64,000 bases of DNA from Candidatus Nanosynbacter sp. (GCA_015257505.1 JABZKB010000002.1:52085-116084), one strand, 5' to 3'; positions 17,897 to 27,105 are shown, counted from the stretch's first letter. The notes: a model not told the origin generated them from the sequence alone. Numbers and translations are program-made.

Positions 17897-18889
17897 ATGA
17901 ATATTTGGCAGAGTCTACCGAAAGGATTTACAGTTTTAGCCCCGATGGAGGGGGTGACGGACGTGGTATTTCGTCAGGTGATTAACCGCGCTGGTAGACC
18001 AGATTTATTTTATACAGAATTTACGAATGTTACTTCTTTTGCGTCTGAAAAAGGCCGACATGATGCCTTGGAGCGTCTGTCAGTTTGTGCGACGGATGCA
18101 CCAATTATTGCTCAGATTTGGGGAAGAAATCCTGAACATTTTGCAATTCTTGCGGCAGAACTTGAAGAACTTGGGTTCCAGGGGCTTGATATTAATATGG
18201 GTTGCCCGGATCGTCACGTCAATAAGGCTGGAGGTGGGGCGGCAATGATTCGTACTCCAGAATTGGCGGTCGCCTGTATTCAAGAAGCGAAGAAGATGAC
18301 GAAATTGCCAGTGTCGGTAAAAACAAGGCTTGGTTTTACATATGTAGACGAATTTCGCGATTGGCTGCCTTTAGTCTTGGCACAAGATGTAGCAAACCTA
18401 ACGATTCACTTAAGAACTCGTAAAGAAATGTCAAAGGTACCAGCACATTTTGAGTTGATTCCTGAGATTTTAAAGATTCGTGACAATGTAGCGCCAGGGA
18501 CAAAGTTGACAATTAATGGCGATATTCAAGATTTGAATCAGGTGAAGGAGCTGAGTTTACAATATCCTGAGGTGGATGGATTTATGATTGGGCGCGGAGT
18601 ATTTTTGAATCCATTTTGTTTTACTGGACGAGTGCAGGAGGCGCGAGGCGGGGATGTCTCTGTGCGGGAATTAATGGATTTATTTAAGTTTCACCTAGAT
18701 CGATACGACAAAAGGAGTGAGGACCTATTATCACAAGGATCTCGCTATCCCTTCGAACCGTTAAAAAGAATGTTTAAGTTATATGTGAATTCTTTTGATG
18801 GCGCTTCGGATCTACGAGTAAAACTGATGGACTGTAAAAATACTGGTGAATTACGTACAGTGATTGATGAGTTTTTGGAAACGATTTAG
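17897..18889 (+). CDS. dus: tRNA-dihydrouridine synthase
   Basis: Start at MNIWQSLPKGFTVLAPMEGVTD, the Dus hallmark LAPMxGVTD. TIM-barrel FMN-binding region follows. The ORF track starts at 17840. Confidence 0.8.
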   Translation: MNIWQSLPKGFTVLAPMEGVTDVVFRQVINRAGRPDLFYTEFTNVTSFASEKGRHDALERLSVCATDAPIIAQIWGRNPEHFAILAAELEELGFQGLDINMGCPDRHVNKAGGGAAMIRTPELAVACIQEAKKMTKLPVSVKTRLGFTYVDEFRDWLPLVLAQDVANLTIHLRTRKEMSKVPAHFELIPEILKIRDNVAPGTKLTINGDIQDLNQVKELSLQYPEVDGFMIGRGVFLNPFCFTGRVQEARGGDVSVRELMDLFKFHLDRYDKRSEDLLSQGSRYPFEPLKRMFKLYVNSFDGASDLRVKLMDCKNTGELRTVIDEFLETI

Positions 18890-18933
18890 TATATTTTGAA
18901 TGGTTCCCTTACGGTAATGTAAAGAATAGAATC

Positions 18934-18959
18934 AAAAAAGAGACCTGAGGTCTCTTTTA
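18934..18959. terminator. Bidirectional rho-independent terminator (agagacc-tga-ggtctct flanked by A-run and T-run)
   Basis: 7-bp GC-containing stem at 18939-18955 with aaaaaa upstream and tttt downstream. It sits between the stop of dus (+) and the stop of 18964..19218 (-). Confidence 0.6.
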
Positions 18960-18963
18960 GGAC

Positions 18964-19218
18964 TTATGCAAGACGGAGGTGCCAAGAGAGATCTGTGGCG
19001 TTGAACGACAATTGGTAATTGTTGCGTCCTGCAATAACGTCGAAGATGTGGATGGCGGTGTTGCCAATGAAGCGAATATGGGTTTGAAGAAGTTCTGAAA
19101 CCTCAAATTCCTCACCACTACGGGTCTTAAAGTTGAGAGGCTGACAAGGGGTCATTTCATACCCGAAGAGAGCCATGACTTCGACGCGTTCCTGATTATT
19201 GTTAATATTATTTTTCAT
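18964..19218 (-). CDS. Hypothetical 84-aa protein
   Basis: Strong SD AAAGGAG 6 nt upstream of the ATG. No homology recognised. Confidence 0.5.
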   Translation of the reverse strand: MKNNINNNQERVEVMALFGYEMTPCQPLNFKTRSGEEFEVSELLQTHIRFIGNTAIHIFDVIAGRNNYQLSFNATDLSWHLRLA

Positions 19219-19383
19219 AAGTAACTCCTTTAAAACTATTTTTGGGAGTCATTTATGCGAGCCTGATTTATTGGCTCCTGGCTAAAAGTATAAATGACGA
19301 TACTTAAAGCTTTTGAATTTTCTCATTGCCAGGGACCGAAGTATGGCAAGATGGTTATATTATAATGCAAGTGTTTAAAATAG

Positions 19384-19420
19384 CAAAATAAAAAAAGTGG
19401 GGAGTCTGGTTAGGACTCCC
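19384..19420 (-). terminator. Rho-independent terminator for the 60-aa ORF (GGGGAGTC-loop-GACTCCCC followed by T8 on the minus strand)
   Basis: 8-bp GC-rich stem at 19398-19420, loop tggttag. On the minus strand it is followed by acttttttttattttg. Confidence 0.7.
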
Positions 19421-19513
19421 CGGTGTTGAGGCTACTGGAAAATGGAAGCTCACTGGTGTGAGAAAACAACAAAGGGGAAAACTTTGGAAGTTTAGCCAGT
19501 GATAACTTTGTCT

Positions 19514-19696
19514 TTACCAGTTCGAACGGTGCCAACCCTGCGCCTCGGCGCCTCTGATAATCTCATCCTTTTCGTACGAACTTATGTTCGGAAAACGCTC
19601 AGGATGGTTAACGAGTGCTTCTGCCATGGTCTGATAGCTGTCATGGTCACTGTCGTAACTGTTGTTAGTTACATAATCGGTGAAGACATGTCTCAT
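19514..19696 (-). CDS. Hypothetical 60-aa acidic protein (MRHVFTDYVTNNSYDSDHDSYQTMAEALVNHPERF...)
   Basis: Start placed at the second in-frame ATG (19694-19696). That ATG has a near-consensus SD AAAGGGGGTGA with a 5-nt spacer, and a strong terminator follows. The ORF track starts at GTG 19705. Confidence 0.5.
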   Translation of the reverse strand: MRHVFTDYVTNNSYDSDHDSYQTMAEALVNHPERFPNISSYEKDEIIRGAEAQGWHRSNW

Positions 19697-19824
19697 ACAA
19701 TTCACCCCCTTTCTGTATGAATTCTGTGCTTCTCTAGCTGTTCTAGCTGTCTGTGAAGATACGTCTCATACAATTCACCCCCTTTCTGTATGAAATTTTT
19801 TGCTTCTCTAGCTGTTCTAGCTGT
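19681..19824. repeat. Tandem direct duplication, 2 x ~72 bp; each copy carries the SD+ATG module
   Basis: Copy 1 is 19681-19750 and copy 2 is 19751-19824, about 95% identical: tgaaga(catg/tacg)tctcatacaattcaccccctttctgtatgaa...tgcttctctagctgttctagctgt. Confidence 0.85.
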
Positions 19825-19949
19825 TTAGCCTCTAAAAGTGCATCGGACTCACCCCTTTCTAATATACCGACGGTATGATTTTCAGACGTTTATGGGGAAA
19901 TATAAACGCGTGGCAGCAGTTATCTATGTTCCCAAACGTCTGTGACACT

Positions 19950-19977
19950 ATAATAACATAAATATATATTATGTCAA
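19950..19977 (-). promoter_or_regulatory. Sigma70-type promoter abutting the helicase stop codon: TTGACA (19972-19977), 13 nt, extended -10 TGtTATTAT (-10 at 19950-19955)
   Basis: Minus-strand reading is TTGACAtaatatatatttaTGtTATTATagtgtcaca. The predicted TSS near 19943 heads the structured leader and uORF series. Confidence 0.5.
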
Positions 19978-22900
19978 CTATTTATTTTGGTAACGGTCGA
20001 CAAGTGTTTTGCAGAATTCCTTGATGTCACTCAGTTTTGGCTCTTCTAGGGCAATAGCGTTAGTTGGTGAGTCGGAGTCTAAGAAATCAAGTGAGGTGAT
20101 TTGGTAATAAACAGCATGGATGAGCTCCTCGAAGGTGACTGGCATATTTGCAACTACATCTTCGGTCAGTTCAATACTGTGTATCTTCCCTGTTTCGCTA
20201 TCAATAGTCTCGCGACGGTTGGGGGCAGTGAAAAGTAGGTTCATTGAACGAACGGTGTAGTCATGATACGTCTTTGAGAGTTTAAGGAGCATGCGATAGA
20301 ACAAGAGCTGGAATTGATAAATGAAGAGCGATTCCTTATTTTGCCAGGTATCCTTATCTGAGATAGTGCTGGTTTTGAAGTCATAGAGGTCAATAATTTT
20401 ATGTTCTTCGTCAACATTAATATGGTCGATCTTACCGGTAACCGGGATGCCTTCAAAATTGAGTTTCTCTTTACTAAAATCAACTTCAGCTTTGGCTCCT
20501 GGGGCACGAAGGATGTGTTCAAAGGCATCAATAGCGAGTGGTAGTTCATCCCTGCCGCGTTCAATTAGAGTCTCAATGTCTTCTTCGAGTAGATCCTGGT
20601 CTTTTACTTCATTGAGGTAAAAATTGATGGCCTCTTCTTTGGCAATATTATTGTTGGTAATCTCTTCAAAGACGTGGTGGATTAGGTTTCCATAAACTAA
20701 ACTAATCGAGTCTGAGGTATCTTGTGGGGCATGAAGAATGCTCTGCTGATAAAAGGCGAGCGGGCCACTGTAAGTAAGACGAATAAATGACGAGATATGG
20801 GAAGCAGATAGGCGGAAATCTTGTACTTTTTCAAGAAGAATTGGCTTTAATTTCTCAGATGGATTGAGTAATTTTATTAACCAGGTGCGACGAATAGCTG
20901 AGGCTTTTTCAGCGTCAGTAAGTCGGTCATTATGCTCGGAAACTCGTCCATTCGGAATAAATGGAGAGCTTAGGTAATCTCCAGCTTCGTTTTGAATAAC
21001 TTTTTCGTCTAGGAATGAGAGTGGTTTAGATTCTTTACTAGCTTCGTCGGCGTATTTTGAACTCGTGATAGTGAGAGTCTTGGCAGCCCTAGTGATAGCT
21101 ACGAAGAGCAGGCGTTTTTTACCATCAGGTGTGTTGCGAGATTCGCCGATAAAGTCGAGATTAAGAGGTAACGGAATACTAGGTGGACGGTTTGCACTAT
21201 CCCAGCCCGATTGATTGGCACTAATAAGGAAAACATGTTTAAACTCTAGACCTTTAGATTTGTGTGCCGTCATTAAACTAACGGAATCATCAGAGTCTTT
21301 ATAAAAAGTTTGTTCAGTAATTGGCGTATTGGTTTCAGTGAAGTCGTTGAGTAATTGAATTAAGTCATGAAGGCGGAGTTTACTTTTTTCGGTACGAGAA
21401 AGTATGGCGTTCCGCAAGAGATTAAGTCGATTATAGAGGTCAAAAGTGGCTTTTGAATACAGATCTTTGGTGTAGAAACTAAGAAATGGCGAGGTAAAGG
21501 AGATATTTTGGTTGTTGATTTTTAGTTCGATTGGAGTAACGCCTGTGAGAATATCGAGGAAAAATTCAAGTGGAAGAGAAAAGGATTTTTTGGCAAGTTC
21601 CGAGAAAAAGGCGGCAAGATTAGCATAGAGTGGGTTATCGTGATAGGATTGAAGAATTTCCAGTGCGGTGCGCTTGTTACGTTCAATGGACTGGATAGAC
21701 ATGATCATATCATCGCTAGGGATATCCCAGAAATCAAAAGATAGGATTTCAGGAAGCATGAAAGCTGGGTTCTCCCCATCAGCGAGCATGGCGATAAACC
21801 TACAGAGTGTTGTCAGTTCATAAATTTGCTGATTTTCTAAAATATTTTCGGTACGTTCGTAGGAAATATTAATTTCAGGATATTTTCTGAGATATGGGAT
21901 AAGCGGAGTGGCTAATGCGTGTTTTGGGAAAAGGATGCCGATATCAGATGGTTTGGCGCCAGCCTGGATGAGTTGATGGACTCTTTTTGCAACCCAGTAA
22001 TATTCGGCATCTTGATTTATAAATTGGTGTCTCTCAATAAAACTTTTTTGAGTAAAATTGTTGTTCAGAGATTTAGAATCTGTAACATCTTCTGCTGAAT
22101 AAATATTTTGTTCAAAGGTTGAATCTTCGGGAGAAGCTTTAAGAATTTCATTATTTCTGATTGCGATTAACTCGTTCTTCAGCTCTGTCGTAATGGTATT
22201 TTCGACATTTAAACTACGTTGCATAGTTTCGTTTTTAATAAAGCTTTCTTCCAGCTGATCTGCAATTTTGCGCGAGAATTGAAGGATTTCAGTAGTTGAG
22301 CGATAATTATCAGTGAGGACAATAACTTTTGCGTCAAAATGGTTTTTAAAATGAATTAGACTTGATGCACGGGCGCCTTGGAATTCATAGATCGATTGAT
22401 CATCATCACCTACTGCCATAACTGCAGGCGACTCCTGTTCGTCTGCAATGAGTTCTAGAAGACGGGTCTGTGATGGATTGGTATCCTGGTATTCATCTAC
22501 CATGATATAGAGGTAATTTTGAGCGATTTTACGTCGGAAATCGACATCTTGTTCAAGAAAATTGATTGGAGCTTCAATCATGTCATTAAAATCATAGAGA
22601 TCATGCTCAGTCAAATAATTTTGATAGAATTCGTATAATTCGGCTATTTCGCTGAGGCGCTTATTACTGGCCGTATCTGAAAATTTATAATTCCCAGCTT
22701 GGTCTTTAGAGAAATATTTCTTAATAAATGTGTTCAGGGGGCTGACTGACGGTTTTTCGCTATTCTGTTCTACTTCAAGAAGTGCGTAAATTTTCTCATA
22801 GAGTATAGTTGTAATTGAATAAACATTTTGTATAATTGTTGAATCAGATTTTAATTCACCCAGTTTCTGTAATAGTGGAATATAGACTGTTTCAGTGAGG

Positions 22901-23481
22901 ATGTTAAAAACATCTTTACCCGCAGCACGAGCGGGGAGGTTTTGTAAAATTGGCGACAATACTAGTTCAAGTGTCTTAACCTCAGACTCATTTTTGGCTG
23001 CGATTTGTTTCATCTCTTCTGGTGATAGTTTGGCAACTTTAAACTTGCTTATAGCTTTGAGTAGTTCTTTTGGATCACGAACATTTTTGATGATGTAAGA
23101 AGTCGGAAGATTATTTTGAAGCTCGCTAATAATCTTAGTTTGTACAACTTCTTCAATTGGATTTGAAAAAACACGTTGCGGTTTGTCTGAATAATGACTG
23201 CAAAGGCTAAGAATTTTTTGACCAAAACTATGAAAAGTCATGATGTCGATCTGGTCAGCAGTTTGGCCAATCATTGACCTTAGACGATCTTTCATATTCT
23301 TTGCGCCAGCATCAGTGAAGGTAATACAGAGAATCATACTGGGGTCAGTGTCGGTGTTTTTTAGGATGTATTCAACTTTTTTTGAAAGTAATTGAGTCTT
23401 TCCTGTGCCAGGTCCCGCCAACACTAGAAGTGGTCCTTCGAGATATTCAACGGCGGCTTGTTGTTTGGCGTTTAGTGGCAT
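19978..23481 (-). CDS. UvrD/PcrA-type SF1 helicase fused to a C-terminal RecB/AddA-type PD-(D/E)XK nuclease domain
   Basis: 1167 aa. N-terminal Walker A LVLAGPGTGKTQ and helicase motifs (DEYQDTNPSQ, GDDDQSIYEFQGA). C-terminal nuclease motif GKIDHINVDEEHKIIDLYDFKTS. No addB/recC partner is present in the window. Confidence 0.8.
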   Translation of the reverse strand: MPLNAKQQAAVEYLEGPLLVLAGPGTGKTQLLSKKVEYILKNTDTDPSMILCITFTDAGAKNMKDRLRSMIGQTADQIDIMTFHSFGQKILSLCSHYSDKPQRVFSNPIEEVVQTKIISELQNNLPTSYIIKNVRDPKELLKAISKFKVAKLSPEEMKQIAAKNESEVKTLELVLSPILQNLPARAAGKDVFNILTETVYIPLLQKLGELKSDSTIIQNVYSITTILYEKIYALLEVEQNSEKPSVSPLNTFIKKYFSKDQAGNYKFSDTASNKRLSEIAELYEFYQNYLTEHDLYDFNDMIEAPINFLEQDVDFRRKIAQNYLYIMVDEYQDTNPSQTRLLELIADEQESPAVMAVGDDDQSIYEFQGARASSLIHFKNHFDAKVIVLTDNYRSTTEILQFSRKIADQLEESFIKNETMQRSLNVENTITTELKNELIAIRNNEILKASPEDSTFEQNIYSAEDVTDSKSLNNNFTQKSFIERHQFINQDAEYYWVAKRVHQLIQAGAKPSDIGILFPKHALATPLIPYLRKYPEINISYERTENILENQQIYELTTLCRFIAMLADGENPAFMLPEILSFDFWDIPSDDMIMSIQSIERNKRTALEILQSYHDNPLYANLAAFFSELAKKSFSLPLEFFLDILTGVTPIELKINNQNISFTSPFLSFYTKDLYSKATFDLYNRLNLLRNAILSRTEKSKLRLHDLIQLLNDFTETNTPITEQTFYKDSDDSVSLMTAHKSKGLEFKHVFLISANQSGWDSANRPPSIPLPLNLDFIGESRNTPDGKKRLLFVAITRAAKTLTITSSKYADEASKESKPLSFLDEKVIQNEAGDYLSSPFIPNGRVSEHNDRLTDAEKASAIRRTWLIKLLNPSEKLKPILLEKVQDFRLSASHISSFIRLTYSGPLAFYQQSILHAPQDTSDSISLVYGNLIHHVFEEITNNNIAKEEAINFYLNEVKDQDLLEEDIETLIERGRDELPLAIDAFEHILRAPGAKAEVDFSKEKLNFEGIPVTGKIDHINVDEEHKIIDLYDFKTSTISDKDTWQNKESLFIYQFQLLFYRMLLKLSKTYHDYTVRSMNLLFTAPNRRETIDSETGKIHSIELTEDVVANMPVTFEELIHAVYYQITSLDFLDSDSPTNAIALEEPKLSDIKEFCKTLVDRYQNK

Positions 23482-23493
23482 TTTTAGCTCCTT

Positions 23494-24807
23494 TTATGAT
23501 TTTTTAGATAGAAAAACGAGGGATTCAATGTGTGGGGTGTGCGGGAAGAAATTATAGCCTTCTATATATTTAAGATTGTAGTTTTCAAGCAATAGCTTAA
23601 GATCACGAACTTGGGTGATTGGATTACATGAAAGATAAACGATTTTTTCAGGCTGTACTTCACAGAGTCTTTTGATGAGATTTTCATCGCAACCAGCTCT
23701 TGGTGGGTCGACGATTACGCTGGCTTCTTGAGTAATGAGATCAAGGACCTCTTCGGACTTGGCGAGAATTGGTTTAATATGAGGATTTTTTGTTTCTTGG
23801 GTAACGCGTTCAGAATTTGTTTTTAGTTCCCCAAAGGCTGAAGCGTTAACCTCAATGAGGGTGAGATTGGTGTTTCTGGCGACAGATAACCCAATAGTCC
23901 CAACACCGGCATAGAGATCGAGTACGGCATGTGAGTCTTTGAGAAAGTCTTGAATCTTTAATAGTACCTGTTCATAAACTGGAAGATTAATTTGGAAAAA
24001 GCCACCTGGAGAATAGGAGTATTGATTATTTAAGAGTGTGTCCGAGAGGTTCTTGAAAACTGGATGTGACTTACCGTTTTCAAGTAACCCACCAGAAACT
24101 TCACCTTTTTGGTTTGCGCGGAGTAGTAGGGATTGGTATTTTCTGGCATCCTCTTGACTGTTATTTAGGCCATCAATAATTGCTTTAGCACGTTCAAAAA
24201 TTGCTGGTAGCTCAATGGATGAAGAGGTAATAGGTATTTTTTTATGAGTTCCGCGAAGATGCATGGCAGGATAGATTTTTTCGGTATCGTGGTCATAATA
24301 GAGAGAGTATTCCATCTTATTGCGGTAAAAATAGGTTTTCGGAGACTCGTGGATTTTAATTTTTTCAATTAGTGAATTGTTGATGTTGGTAGATGCTGCT
24401 AGGTGTCTAAAAAGAGAGGTTAAGATGTTTGATTTTGCCTCCAACTCAGCTTCATCGGTGAGGATTTGCCATGGAGAAGTCGAGAGATATTGCTGATCCT
24501 TTGGATCGATGCGTGAACTTGAGGTGGTTTCAAAGGTGAGGGCAATACCTTCAATCAGGTGGGGCTTCTGTGTGGTAATTTGAAATTTTGATACAGTTTC
24601 GCCAGGAATAGCGTTCCAAAGAAAAACCTTAATACCAGATAGTCCGGTTGAAATCTGCGAATTAATGTCAATATCTGATTCAATAAGTCCAATTCCCTGC
24701 CCAGTAGTGGCAAAGTTGGTGATTTTGATTGGAGTGGCTGGGGTTGCGATTCTAGGTTCTTTTTTTGTCATTACATCTAGCATATCTCGGGCGATAGTAG
24801 ATTGCAA
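23494..24807 (-). CDS. RumA/RlmD-family 23S rRNA (uracil-5)-methyltransferase: TRAM domain plus class I SAM methyltransferase
   Basis: 437 aa. N-terminal TRAM-like beta-barrel region. Motif I LDLYAGVGTIGL and the DPPRAGC motif typical of the RumA/TrmA family. Confidence 0.75.
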   Translation of the reverse strand: MQSTIARDMLDVMTKKEPRIATPATPIKITNFATTGQGIGLIESDIDINSQISTGLSGIKVFLWNAIPGETVSKFQITTQKPHLIEGIALTFETTSSSRIDPKDQQYLSTSPWQILTDEAELEAKSNILTSLFRHLAASTNINNSLIEKIKIHESPKTYFYRNKMEYSLYYDHDTEKIYPAMHLRGTHKKIPITSSSIELPAIFERAKAIIDGLNNSQEDARKYQSLLLRANQKGEVSGGLLENGKSHPVFKNLSDTLLNNQYSYSPGGFFQINLPVYEQVLLKIQDFLKDSHAVLDLYAGVGTIGLSVARNTNLTLIEVNASAFGELKTNSERVTQETKNPHIKPILAKSEEVLDLITQEASVIVDPPRAGCDENLIKRLCEVQPEKIVYLSCNPITQVRDLKLLLENYNLKYIEGYNFFPHTPHIESLVFLSKKS

Positions 24808-24971
24808 GCGTGGTAAGACGTGGTTAAGATAAGCTGTTGTAAAAAAATACTTGATATCTTGCTTATGCTTTAGATTTTTTCATCTGTTATTTGACTAATT
24901 TGATGAAAAATGCTTGAAAAACCAATGAAGACAAGGTAAGTTGGGATTAGAAATTAAATGAGGTTTTAAAG

Positions 24972-26339
24972 ATGCATAAAATCGGAAAAACAATAATATA
25001 CTGGCTGGTTATAGTGGCTTGTATTAGAGTTTATTGTCGTTCACCAAATTTTGACCAAAGAAAATATCCACCTAGAAATGAAATGCAGCAAAAAATGCAA
25101 CAGGAGAGTGATTCTCGCCGAGGTTCTGTTTTTGGCTCTTTGCCTACTGAGGCCGATTACTATCGCGAGAGGTCTAAGAATCGGCGAGAACCAGGTTCTG
25201 GTTTGTATCACAATGATTTTTACCAAAATATCCGTCAGAACCTTCTGTCGAGACTTGATTATGAAGAAAGAGGTCTGGCGATTGCATATCTTTTGGGTGA
25301 CAAAAATGAATTAACAAATGTGATAAAGGAGAAAATTCAAGAAGTTGGGGTCTCTCATCTAATTGCAATCTCAGGGATGCATTTAGCGATACTTGTTGGG
25401 ATTGTAATTAAAAGCCTTAAGTCATCTTCAAAGCTTCTTAAGACATATTTCTGTGTTGCATTCGTGTTGTTGTATGTGGGGATGATTGGTCTAACTCCAT
25501 CGCTTCTCCGTGCAACGATTGTGATCTTTTGTCACCTTTTTGCGTCCTATTTTGGAAGAAAAGTACTGGCGTCAAGGATATTAGTAGTGGTAGCTTCCCT
25601 GTCGCTCATTATTAATCCGGACAACCTAACCAATGTTGGGTGGCAGCTTTCAATGATGGCCTATACTGGTATCTTAATTTTTTACCCAATGATAGAGAGC
25701 TTCTTGTTTGGAAAAGGTAATATAAAAAGAAGTGTAGGGAGAAAAAATAAGAATAGTCTTTGGCGAAAAATTTGTAGGAAGAAACGGGAAGATATGATCT
25801 TTGATTTACGTACTGGAGTATTGATGTCGCTAGCCGTAAATCTACTGACGATACCGATTACATTATTTGTCTTTGGTTATTTCTCTATATTATCTTTTCT
25901 TGCAACCTTGATTTTGTCACCGATGCTTCCAGTTATATTGGTATCAATAATATTTGTGGGAATAATGCCTCTGACGCTGTACCGTTATGTGGGAGTTTAT
26001 TTAGTAGGTGGAGTTGGATTAATTAAAATACAGCTTAGAATCATCAATTTAATTTCGGACTGGCAGTATTTTGCGATACATATACCTAAAGGAAGGGTTG
26101 AATATTTATTACTCTATCTTCCGGTGCTCTATTTATACTTCTTTTTGCGAAAAAAGAATATCCAGATAGCCAAAAATAATACTAGTGAGCAGGACGAATC
26201 TATTGAAAGGAGAAATGAAATGCAGAAAATCGGCACTTATCTTGTCGAGTGGGAGAAACAATTGCAGCTGCGGTGCAAGAATCAGAAAAATTACAGTAGC
26301 GTAGCAGAAGCACCTAATAATATGAAAAATGGTGGATGA
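24972..26339 (+). CDS. comEC: ComEC/Rec2-family competence membrane channel (core competence domain only)
   Basis: 455 aa. Signature GVSHLIAISGMHLAILVG and multiple TM helices. Shorter than three-domain ComEC proteins, with no OB-fold or metallo-beta-lactamase domain. Confidence 0.75.
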   Translation: MHKIGKTIIYWLVIVACIRVYCRSPNFDQRKYPPRNEMQQKMQQESDSRRGSVFGSLPTEADYYRERSKNRREPGSGLYHNDFYQNIRQNLLSRLDYEERGLAIAYLLGDKNELTNVIKEKIQEVGVSHLIAISGMHLAILVGIVIKSLKSSSKLLKTYFCVAFVLLYVGMIGLTPSLLRATIVIFCHLFASYFGRKVLASRILVVVASLSLIINPDNLTNVGWQLSMMAYTGILIFYPMIESFLFGKGNIKRSVGRKNKNSLWRKICRKKREDMIFDLRTGVLMSLAVNLLTIPITLFVFGYFSILSFLATLILSPMLPVILVSIIFVGIMPLTLYRYVGVYLVGGVGLIKIQLRIINLISDWQYFAIHIPKGRVEYLLLYLPVLYLYFFLRKKNIQIAKNNTSEQDESIERRNEMQKIGTYLVEWEKQLQLRCKNQKNYSSVAEAPNNMKNGG

Positions 26340-26585
26340 TCCACTATGTGATTGCTTGAAATAAAGTGATAGTGGAAGGAGGAAGATAAAGAATGCGAGG
26401 ACCGTGAACTCAATGTAATTTCTTGGAATATTTGGTAGAAGGTTAGATATGAAATTGGTAATATCTGTATTAAAAAGATTATTGGTAATTGTACCTGCAA
26501 GGGTGGCTAGAATAGATGGTCCAAGATGACGCTTTGTCAGGTAGAAGATAAGGAATAATATTATCTCAATAATTAGAATAACCAT
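26133..26585 (-). CDS. Hypothetical small polytopic membrane protein; overlaps the comEC 3' end by ~200 nt
   Basis: 150-aa hydrophobic ORF. The overlap with comEC makes one of the two extents doubtful. Confidence 0.25.
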   Translation of the reverse strand: MVILIIEIILFLIFYLTKRHLGPSILATLAGTITNNLFNTDITNFISNLLPNIPRNYIEFTVLAFFIFLLPLSLYFKQSHSGSSTIFHIIRCFCYATVIFLILAPQLQLFLPLDKISADFLHFISPFNRFVLLTSIIFGYLDILFSQKEV

Positions 26586-26785
26586 AATTGTATTATATCA
26601 AAATATCTTGAAGTGTTGGGGCGGACAAAAATAAATTAGAGTAAGTGATTTTAAATGAAGAAGGAGAAAAAATATGAGTGGATGATTTTTTGATTACTCT
26701 ATGTTTTTTGGTTTGATTTTTTGAGCTGAATAAGACGATTTTTACAAGCTATTCTACTAAAAAAGTGCTTGTTTATTAGAAAAAA

Positions 26786-27013
26786 TTAGAAGAGCGCGGA
26801 TGGGCTAACAGTGAAGGCTACGAGGCCTGATGAAATATCTCGAACGATGAGATTTGAGGAAAGTTCGGAACCTTCAATACGATAGCGAACAATACCACTG
26901 GAGTCACGAGCCACCATATAATTTCCCGCCCCACCCTCGATGGTGTATTGGGTTCCGTTGTTATTAAAATAAAATACGCCGTTTTTGAGTAGCGCTTCTC
27001 GTAGCGTTGCCAT
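26786..27013 (-). CDS. Hypothetical 75-aa protein
   Basis: Good SD AAGGAG 8 nt upstream of the ATG. No recognisable homology. Confidence 0.5.
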   Translation of the reverse strand: MATLREALLKNGVFYFNNNGTQYTIEGGAGNYMVARDSSGIVRYRIEGSELSSNLIVRDISSGLVAFTVSPSALF

Positions 27014-27105
27014 TAAAATTATTCTCCTTGCTCAAAAATATTACTAGATTTGTAATATTCTAAAATAAAATATTACTTTTGTAAAGTATGGAACGGAGAA
27101 TTTGG

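Noticed and set aside
19499-19720. 73-aa plus-strand ORF antisense to the 60-aa minus-strand ORF
   Set aside because: It starts at a weak GTG with no convincing RBS. The minus-strand ORF has a near-perfect SD, promoter and terminator. The plus ORF is most likely an antisense artefact, although a plus-strand TATAAT at ~19357 means antisense transcription cannot be excluded.
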